From assembly GCA_038087875.1 (NCBI GenBank), contig CM075981.1:2480001-2544000 (forward strand): 64,000 nt of DNA, read 5' to 3'. Position 1 is the stretch's first letter, and each line of letters starts with the position of its first letter. Source of the DNA: Malacoraja senta (taxonomy: Eukaryota). The notes below the pieces were generated by a model. That model was not told the origin of the DNA, searched no databases, and saw only the letters and a list, made by a program, of their open reading frames with translations. The translations under genes and the position numbers were made by a program. Positions 47,276-57,000 of this stretch are shown here, one piece after another.

Positions 47276-47806
47276 ATGGGATTGCAGAGATGGATAGAAT
47301 TCATGGTCCTTGTGGAGATGGTGTGGCAAGTCTCCGGAACGAGAACAGGTCCGATCTCCAGAAAATGGGGAGAGGAAGCAAACTTGCACGGGTGGAACGC
47401 ACGGGCACCTCGGCAAGTCAACGATAAACAGCTTCCAAGATGCATGCACAAGCCAGGTTCTGACAGTGATCACCTTCCATCGATTTGCGAGCATTTGTTC
47501 TTTGCATCTCCGGGTGAATCTTTTACGCTGCCCTGTAAAATATCCGCGGATTACAAACAACCCTCGTTACTTCAGTGGAAAAAAAACGGTGTTCCCATTG
47601 CCAATTTTGATGATAAAACGTTTCAGAAATATATGGGATCTGATGTCAGCTGGAAATTCGTGGATCCAGAAGCCCTTTGGGGGAAACGGGACGGCTCGTT
47701 GCTCCTGACAGGCATAAAAGAGAAAGATGAGGGGATATATTCATGTGTTTGGTTCATTGATTCTCATGCGGTATGTGAAGAATTTGCCCGGCTGACAATC
47801 AAGTGA
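47276..47806 (+). CDS. U5: secreted single Ig V-domain preproprotein (176 aa), intact, subfamily A
   Basis: Signal plus propeptide (RAPR), FTLPCK / QWKK / RDGSLLL / DEGIYSC, then a stop. Acceptor caaccacag|gaac precedes the ATG. Confidence 0.85.
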   Translation: MGLQRWIEFMVLVEMVWQVSGTRTGPISRKWGEEANLHGWNARAPRQVNDKQLPRCMHKPGSDSDHLPSICEHLFFASPGESFTLPCKISADYKQPSLLQWKKNGVPIANFDDKTFQKYMGSDVSWKFVDPEALWGKRDGSLLLTGIKEKDEGIYSCVWFIDSHAVCEEFARLTIK

Positions 47807-49287
47807 AACCTCCCACTGATTCAGCAAGGCCCGTCCCAGGGTCAGTAGCAAAGTCTAGTCTAGTTTAGTTTAGTTCAAAGGTACAGCAGGGAAACAGGCC
47901 CTTCGGCCCACAGAGCCAACGGGGACCAGTGATCACCCCATACACTAGTTCTATCCCACACACTGGGTACAATTTACACTGTCTCTGGGATGTGGGACGT
48001 ACAAACTCAGTACAGACATCACCCGGGGAATAGAGAAGGTGAATGCACAGTTTTTTGCCCAGAGTGTGGGAATCAAGAACCAGGGGACATAAGTTTAACG
48101 TTAGAGGGGCAAATTTTTGAAAGGAACCTGTGGGGCAACTTTTTCACTCGGGGGGGGGGGGAGGGTATGGAACGAGCTGCCAGAGGAGGTAGTTGAGGCA
48201 GGTACTACAACGACATAATGGACACTTGGGTAGGTCGATGGATAGGAATGGTTTTATGGGGATATGGGCCAAATGTAACGAAATAGGACTACCTTAGATG
48301 GGGTATATGGGTCTTCATGGGCAATGTAGATTGGCTATTTCCTACTAGCCAATTATAGTGGTTGATAGTAGTGACTCCGCCTAATATGCGGTTTATATTA
48401 TCAAGAGCTTGCCTACGCTAGTTAGTACTAGTAGCTGCTAGGAACTGTAATGTCCTGCAGATTTATGCTGCGAGTAGATTTAATAAACATGTGTTGATCT
48501 TGATATGTGTTCGACTCAGCTCATTACATGGTGTCAGAGAGTGAATCTTGCCCACCATGTCATGTTTATCGGGTTTAAAAAATATATATAGTTTATGTGT
48601 CTACTATATCCATCATGGCAAATTCTTGTCGCCTTCCTAGTCCTCTGATCTTTGACTCTGACATTGCTGAAATGCTGGCGTCTTATCGAGCGTGATTACA
48701 CTCATTATGCTCGCATCGTTCATCGCAACGACCCCCCCCCACCCCGATGTGCGTGCTTCTGTATTGTTCAACTTAGCTGGACCTGAAGCTATGAATCGTG
48801 CCGACAATTTCACATTTGAGCCTGCTGTTCTGGATGCTAATGGTCAGGTCCTGGTGCCTGCTGAGACGATTGACGACCCTGCTGTCTTATTTGCAAAGTT
48901 GATACTGGCGCAAAATGCAATGTCATCTCGTTATCAGAGTTTAAAAAAAATTGTTATGCTGAATGTATTGAAAAGGCCTCGGCCAAGCTTCAGGCTTATG
49001 AGGGGGATGTTCTACACCCTCTTGGACAAACTGATTTAAAGTGCACCATAGACGAGCAGACTCGTACCTTAAAGTTTTATAGTGTTAAGGGGGATTCAGA
49101 GACTTTGCTCGGTATCAATGCATGCCTCGATCTAGTCCTGGTATACTTTGGCTGCGCCGTCCATCAACACTTTCTCGCTGATGGACCCACTCAACAGGTA
49201 CTCTCTCAATACAAAGATCTGTTTAACGACAAGCTTGGCAAGTTGCTTATCATACACCACATTGTTGTCGATCCCAACGTAACCATA

Positions 49288-52200
49288 TAATCATATAACC
49301 ATATAACAATTACAGCACGGAAACAGGCCATCTCGGCCCTTCTAGTCCGTGCTGAACACTTACTCTCACCTAGTCCCATCTGCCTGCACTCAGCCCATAA
49401 CCCTCCATTCCTTTCCCGTCCATATACCTATCCAATTTATTTTTAAATGATAAAATCGAACCTGCCTCCAGCACTTCCACTGGAAGCTCATTCCACACAA
49501 CTACCACTTTCTGAGTAAAGAAGTTCCCCCTAATGTTACCCCTAAACTTCTGTCCCTTAATTCTCAAGTCATGTCCCCTTGTTTGAATCTTCCCTACTCT
49601 CAATGGAAAAAGCTTATCCACGTCAACTCTGTCTATCCCTCTCATAATTTTAAAGACCTCTATCAATTCCCCCCTTAACCTTCTGCGCTCCAAAGAATAA
49701 AGACCTATCTTGTTCAACCTTTCTCTGTAACTTAGGTGCTGAAACCCAGGCAACATTCTAGTAAATCTCCTCTGTACTCTCTCTATTTTGTTGACATCTT
49801 TCCTATAATTTGGTGACCAAAATTGTACACCATATTCCAGAATTGGCCTCACCAATACCTTGTACAATTTTAACATTACATCCCAACTTCTATACTCAAT
49901 GTTCTGATTTATAAAGGCCAGCACACCAAAAGCTTTCTTTACCACCCTATCTACATGAGATTCCACCTTCAGGGAACCATGCACAGTTATTCCTAGATCC
50001 CTCTGTTCAGCTGCATTCCTCAATTCGCTACCATTTACCATGTACGTCCTATTTTGATTTGTCCTGCCAAGATGTAGCACCTCACACTTATCAGCATTAA
50101 ACTCCATCTGCCATCTTTCAGCCCACTCTTCCAAATGGCCTTAATCTCTCTGTAGACTTTGAAAATCTACTTCATTATCCACAACACCACCTATCTTAGT
50201 ATCATCTGCATACTTACTAATCCAATTTACCACACCATCATCCAGATCATTGATGTATATGACAAACAACAGTGGACCCAACAGATCCCTGAGGCACCCC
50301 ACTAGTCACCGGCCTCCAACCTGACAAACAGTTATCCACCATTACTCTCTGGTATCTCCCACTGTTGAATCCATCTTGCCACTCCACTATTAATACCCAA
50401 CAATTGAATCTTCTTAACCAACCTTCCATGTGGAACCTTGTCAAAGGCCTTACTGAAGTTCATATAGACAACATCCACCACTTTACCCTCATCAATTTCC
50501 CTAGTAACCTCTTCAAAAAATTCAAGAAGATTAGTCAAACATGACCTTCCAGGCACAAATCAGACCCTGTTTATCCAGATGATTATACCTATTATCTCTA
50601 AGTACCCTTTCCATTAATTTGCCCACCACTGACGTCAAACTAACAGGTCTATAATTGCTAGGTTTACTCTTAGAACCCTTTTTAAACAATGGAACAACAT
50701 GCGCAGTACGCCAATCCTCCGGCACCATTCCTGTTTCTAATGACATTTGAAATATTTTTGTCATAGCCCCTACTATTTCTACACTAACTTCCCTCAATGT
50801 CCTAGGGAATATCCTGACAGGACCTGGAGACTTATCCACTTTTATATTTTTTTAAAGTGTCAGTACTTCCTCTTCTTTGATCCTCATAGTTTCCATAGCT
50901 ACCCTACTTGTTTCCCTTACCTCACATAATTCAATATCCTTCTCCTTGGTGAATACCAAAGAAAATAAATTGTTCAATATCTCCCCCATCTCTTTTGGCT
51001 CTGCAGATAGCTGTCCACTCTGACTCTCTAATGGACCAATGTTATCCCTCGTTATCCTTTTTCTATTAATATAGCTGTAGAAACCCTTTGGATTTACTTT
51101 CACCTTACTTGCCAAAGCAACCTCATATCTTCTTTTAGCTTTTCTAATTTATTTCTTAAGATTCTTTTTACATTCTTTATACTCCTCAAGCACCTCATTT
51201 ACTCCATGCTGCCTATAATTATTGTAGATCTCTCTCTTTATCCGAACCGTGTCCAATTTCCTTTGAAAACCATGGCTCTTTCCAATTATTACTCTTTCCT
51301 TTCAACCGAACTGGAACATAAAGATTCTGTACTCTTAAAATTTCACCTTTAAATGTCCTCCATTTCTCTACTACATCTCTCCCATAAAACAAAATGTCCC
51401 TATTCACTCCTTTTAAATCCTTTCGCATCTCCTCAAAGTTAGCCTTTCTTCAATCAAAAATCTCAACCCTTGGGCCAGTTCTGACCTTCTCCATAATTAT
51501 ATTGGAACTAATGGTATTGTGATCACTGGACACGAAGTGCTCCCCGACGCATACCTCCGTCACCTGACCTGTCTCATTTCCTAACAGGAGGTCCAGCACT
51601 GCCCCTTCTCTAGTAGGTACCTCTATGTATTGCTGCAAAAAAGTATCCTGCACACATTTTACAAACTCCAAACCATCCAGCCCTTTTGCAGAATTTGTTT
51701 CCCAGTCTATGTGTGGAAAATTGAAATCTCCCACAATCACTACCTTGTGCTTACTACTAATATCTGCTATCTCCTTACATATTTGCTCTTCCAATTCTCG
51801 CTCCCCATTAGGCGGTCTATAATACACCCCTATAAGTGTTGCTACACCTTTCCCATTTCTCAGTTCCAGCCAAATAGCCTCCCTAGACGAGCCCTCTAAT
51901 CTATCCTGCCAAAGCACTGCTGTAATATCTTCCTTGACAAGCAATGCAACACCCCCACCTCTTGCCCCTCCAATTCTATCATTCCTGAAGCAACGAAATC
52001 CTGGAATATGTAGTTTCCAATCACAGCCCTCCTGCAACCATGTTTCACTAATCGCCACAACATCATACTTCCAGGTGTCAATGCAGGCTCTAAGCTCATC
52101 CACCTTTCTTACAATGCTCCTAGCATTAAAATATACACATTTAAGAAACCTACCACCACTTTTATTCTATTTATTACCTATTTCTTCTTTCTCCCCTCCA

Positions 52201-53200
52201 TGTTGGGTCTGAGTGCTTCCCTTCTCTGCCTCCTGCCTCACACACTGTCTACTAGCTTTCTCTATTTGAGTCCCTCCCCCCAACCGTTCTAGTTTAAAGT
52301 CTCCCCAGTAGCCTTTGCAAATCTCCCTGCCAGGATATTTGTTCCCTTCAGGTTCAAGTGCAACCCGTCCTTTTTGTACAGGTCACACCTTCCCCAAAAG
52401 AGGTCCCAATGATCCAGAAATTTGAATCCCTGCCCTCTGCACCAGTCCCTCAGCCACGCATTTATCCTCCACCTCGCTCCATTCCTACTCTCACTGTCAC
52501 GTGGCACAGGCAGTAATCCTGAGATTGTTACCTTTGCTGTCCTTCTCTTTAACTTTCTTCCTAACTCCCTAAATTCTCCTTTCAGGACCTCTTCTCTTTT
52601 TTTACCTATGTCATTGGTACCTATATGTACCACGACCTCTGGCCCCTCTCCCTCCCATTTCAGGATATCTTGGACACATTCAGACACATCCCAGACCCTG
52701 GCACCAGAGAGGCAAACTACCATCCGGGTCTCCTGACTGCGTCCACAGAATCGCCTATCTGACCCCCTAACTATAGAGTCCCCTATTACTATTGCCCTCC
52801 TCTTCTTTTCCCTACCCTTCTGAGCAACAGGGCCGGTCTCTGTACCGGAGGCCCGGCCGCTGTCGCTACCCCCAGGTAGGCTGTTCCCCCCCAACAGTAC
52901 TCAAACAGGAGTACTTATTGCCAAGGTGTACAGCCACCAGGGTACTCTCTAGTCCATGCCTCTGCCCCTTGCCCCTCCTAACCGTGACCAACTTGTCTAC
53001 CTCCCATGACCTCTCTATAACTCCTCTCTATGACCTCCTCACTCTCCCTGACTAGACAGAGGTCATCGAGCTGCTGCTCCAGGTTCCTAATACGGTCCCT
53101 TAGGAGTCCCATCTCGACACACCTGGCGCAGATGTGGACGTCTGCAGATGCTGAACCCCGGAACAAAATACAAAGTGCTGGAAGAAATCAGCAGGGCCGG
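49288..53200 (-). mobile_element. Near full-length degenerate CR1 LINE (ORF1 esterase, APE endonuclease, RT) nested in the Gypsy element
   Basis: ORF1 SGNH motifs GDSIVRG / VHIGTND (52289-52894), endonuclease (51450-52103; GDFNFP, SDHN), frameshifted RT pieces, and (tatatggt)n tail at 49288. Confidence 0.93.
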
Positions 53201-53940
53201 CAGTATCTGGGGTTACTCCCAATCAGCTGCTTCCTCTAGTCCGCTTCCACCAATCAGCGGCTTCCTCTAGACCACTTATTTTGACGTGTGATGGAACGTT
53301 GAAGAGTGGCCGCTCCAACCGCTCCTGGGCCTCTGTGTGGTCCGAGCACCACTCCTGTGGTCCGAGCACCACATCATGTTCCGCATGCCATGCATGAACT
53401 CAAGCGGATGGTCCCCATTGGGTGTTATTGCCAAGGTTACAGACCCATCTGACTGGGTTTTCACCATGGTGGTCGCAACAAAGAAGAACAAGGAGGAGAT
53501 CCGTATCTGCATAAACCCCAGAGAACTTAACTGCCATCAAACGCCCACACTACCCAATGCGAATATTAGAGGATGTTGCTGCTCAGGTAGGCAACGCATC
53601 AGTATTCTCCATTCTGGATGCCAAGAGCTCGTTTTGGCAGATTCCACTGGACCCAGACTCGTCCAATCTCACTACGTTTGGCACCCCCTTTGGCCGATAC
53701 AAATTTCTGAGAATGCCCTTTGGCATCAACTCTGCCAGCGATGTTTTCCAGCGCACGATGGAACAATTGTTTGCTGAGTACCCGTGCGCCATCATCGTTG
53801 ATGACATTCTCGTCTACAGACGCGACCTGGCTGAACATGACGCCAATCTGAAGAAAGTACTGGACCGTGCCAAAGACATTCAGCTCAAACTCAGTCACCT
53901 GAAGTGCAAGTTTCGAGTTCCAGAAGTTACTTACGTCGGA

Positions 53941-54452
53941 CATAGATACATAGATACATAGAAAATAGGTGCAGGAGTAGGCCATTCGGCCCTTCGAGCC
54001 TGCACCGCCATTCAATATGATACATAGATACATAGAAATGATCATCCAACTCAGTATCCCGTACCTGCCTTCTCTCCATACCCCCTGATCCCTTTAGCCA
54101 CAAGGGCCACATCTAACTCCCTCTTAAATATAGCCAATGAACTGGCCTCAACTACCCTCTGTGGCAGAGAGTTCCAGAGATTCACCACTCTCTGTGTGAA
54201 AAAGTTTTTCCTCATCTCGGTCTTAAAGGATTTCCCCCTTATCCTTAAGCTGTGACCCCTTGTCCTGGACTTCCCCAACATCGGGAACAATCTTCCTGCA
54301 TCTAGCCTGTCCAACCCCATAAGAATTTTGTACGTTTCTATAAGATCCCCTCTCAATCTCCTAAATTCCAGCGAGTATAAGCCAAGTCTATCCAGTCTTT
54401 CTTCATATGAAAGTCCTGACATCCCAGGAATCAGTCTGATGAACCTTCTCTA
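53941..54452 (-). mobile_element. CR1 3' fragment inserted in the Gypsy pol
   Basis: ORF 54051-54422 is nearly identical to the C-terminus of the CR1 at 41436-42933. Confidence 0.92.
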
Positions 54453-55914
54453 GATGGTCTCAGACCCGACCCACAAGTGATGGTCTCAGACCCGACCCAT
54501 CAAAAACTGCACCTATCAACGAAATGCCGGTTCCTGCTGACGTCGTGAGCCTACAAAGGTTCCTTGGAATGGTCAACTACCGGGGGAAATCTATTCCCAA
54601 CCTCAGCGACATATCTGCCCCCCTGCGGGAACTGACACACAAAGACGTTGCATGGTCCTGGTATCCGCAGCACCAAAGAGCTTTTGATGCTCTCAAATTG
54701 CAGCTGGCTCGTGCACCTACTCTCGCCTATTTTGCTTTGGAGTTACCAGTAACGCTCACCTGCGATGCGTCCCAGTATGGACTTGGCGCAGCATGCCTGC
54801 AGTCCACTCCCGATGGCGACTGCAAGCCCGTTTCTTACGCCTCTCGCACAGTAACTGACACTGAACAACGTTACGCTCACATCGAAAAAGAATTGCTCGC
54901 AGTGGTTTTCGCCTGGAAAGTCTGTGACTAGAGAAACTGACCACCAGCCGCTGGTCACTATTTTGAACAAACCCATCCACGCTGCCTCAGCACGACTACA
55001 GCGAATGATGATGCAACTGCAGCGATTTGATTTCAACATGGTCTATAAGAAATGCAAGGACATGCACATAGCTGATACGCTATCAAGAGCCCCACGCAAA
55101 ACCAACAAACAACAACTCTCTGAACAGGACCAGTTCTCAGTAAGGAAGGTATCGTATGTTCCTACTGATTGCCTGAGCAGCCTAGTAGAAAACACGGCTG
55201 CTGATGAGACTTTACAATTGCTGTCTGCAGTCATCCGGCGTGGCTGGCCGGATAAACAACACAACACCCCCGCTCGCAACCCGCCCATACTTCCTGGTTC
55301 ACGTGCAGGCAGTGGAGATTAGTTTAAGTTGGCATCATGTTCAGCATGGACCTTGTGGGCCGAAGGGCCTGTTCCTGTGCTGTACTGTTCCATGTTCTAT
55401 GTTACATAGTCTTCTCAATCACATCTTGAGAAGAACATTTTCCAGAGGTGCCCTGGTACCACCAGTGTGACATTCATTGTACCTGCTGCAGCCAATGAGT
55501 GTGTTGTGTATACAGCCAGAGGAGAAGAGGAGATTTATGTGGAGTTTCATTTTGTAATCATTATTTATTTAATGTCATAGTGTAATAGAGTCATAGTGAT
55601 ACAGCGTGGAAACAGGCCCTTCAGCCCAACTTGCCCACACTGGCCAACATGTCCCAGCTACACTAATCCCACCTGTTGGTCCATATCCCTCCAAATCTGA
55701 CCTATACCTGTTCCTGTCTAACTGTTTCTTAAACGTTGGGATAGTTTCTGCCTCAACTGCGATGGTTGACCAGAGCCAGACGTGGTGGAGACACAAGCAG
55801 GATGTGTGGGGCGCCTGGTTGGCCGCTGGCAGCTGGGATGGCGTTGTTCTTGTTAAACGTTAACGGCTGATGCAAGGACACGTTTGGCAGAGGGTGGAGA
55901 GGTCGCGGCTGACT

Positions 55915-56072
55915 CCGGCCAATGCTCCGTGGGAGGCAGTGATTGGTTGAAAGTACGGGAGCGCAGGCAATGAGGGTCAGGAGAAGCCGGGAGTAGGTAT
56001 AAAAGGAGCAAGCGATGGCAGGAGATGTGAACAAGACCGGCCCCGTCACCCTGTGTGGAGACTCCGGAGCTG
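55915..56072 (+). promoter_or_regulatory. U6 promoter + non-coding exon 1
   Basis: ggccaatg, gattgg, TATAAAAG at 55998-56005, donor at 56072/56073, intron 56073-56431. Confidence 0.72.
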
Positions 56073-56435
56073 GTAACCACCCCCTGTGGATCCTTCAAGT
56101 GTCTGTGAGTGATGGGGGTGGGATTGTCTCTGTTCACTGTTCCCCCAGTTCAGAAGCCTGATAGCAGAGGGGAAGAAGCTGTTCCTGAGTCTGGTGGTGT
56201 GAGCTTTCAAGCTTCTGTACCTTCTGCTAGACAGGACCAGGGAGAAGGAGGAATGACCGGGGTGGGACAAGTGATGGAGTCCTAGAGTCATACAGCGAGA
56301 CCTTCGGCCCAACTTGCCCGCGCCCACCAAATGTCCTCTGGTTCTCGATTCCCCAACTCTGGGCGGGTTCAGGGAATGTCATCATGAATCCTACTGAGTT
56401 GCAATAAGGTGACCCATTGTTTCACCCACAGGAAC

Positions 56436-57000
56436 ATGGGACTGCAGAGATGGATAGGATTCATGGTCCTTGTGGAGATGGTGTGGCAAGTCTCCGGAAC
56501 TGGAACAGGTCCGATCTCCAGAGAATGGGGAGAGGAAGCAAACTTGCCCGGGTGGAACGCACGGGCGCCTCGGCAAGTCAATGAAGATCCAACTCCACAA
56601 TGCGGTGTTAACCTCGCTCCAGAGAAGATGAGATGGACGGAGGTGACGGCCAGTAAGGGTGGTTAGAAACATAGAAAATAGGTGCAGGAGTAGGCCATTC
56701 GGCCCTTCGAGTTCTGCTCAGCTATCCTGCAAAATGCCCAAAGAAGACGGTGGAGCCGATAAATTTGTGGTGCTGTGGATGAAAGGAAAAGATACGATGG
56801 CCGTGTTTACTGACAGGAACGGTGCGCAATATCCAGGGTCACCCGGACGCTGGAAGTTCATGAAAACAAACGTGGATGAGACACGGGACGCCTCGTTGGT
56901 CCTGACGGGGCTGGAAGAGGAAGATGCTGGGAAATATTCCTGCGCTTGGCTGGTTAATAACGTGCCGTGTAAACTGAACACCAAGCTGACAGTGCAGTGA
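56436..57000 (+). pseudogene. U6: Ig V preproprotein gene (subfamily B) with the same 49-nt CR1-tail insertion as U3
   Basis: The insertion at 56665-56713 creates a TAG; the remaining frame is intact to the TGA at 57000. Confidence 0.88.

Larger units (their letters stand above)
48325..55300 (+). mobile_element. Ty3/Gypsy LTR retrotransposon (5' LTR, PBS, gag, RT, RNase H), interrupted by two CR1s and 3'-truncated
   Basis: LTR 48325-48528 (TGTA...TACA, with AATAAA), PBS tggtgtcaga at 48529, gag-like region from ~48616. RT 53400-53940 (LDAKSSFWQI, MPFG, IVDD) and RNase H 54524-55290 (CDASQYGLGA, IEKELLAVVF). Confidence 0.9.

Noticed and set aside
19694-47806. A spliced V-domain/chitin-binding-domain fusion (true VCBP)
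   Set aside because: Upstream V genes are on the opposite strand, downstream ones lie 3' of the chitinase, and every V ORF ends in a stop without an evident donor site.
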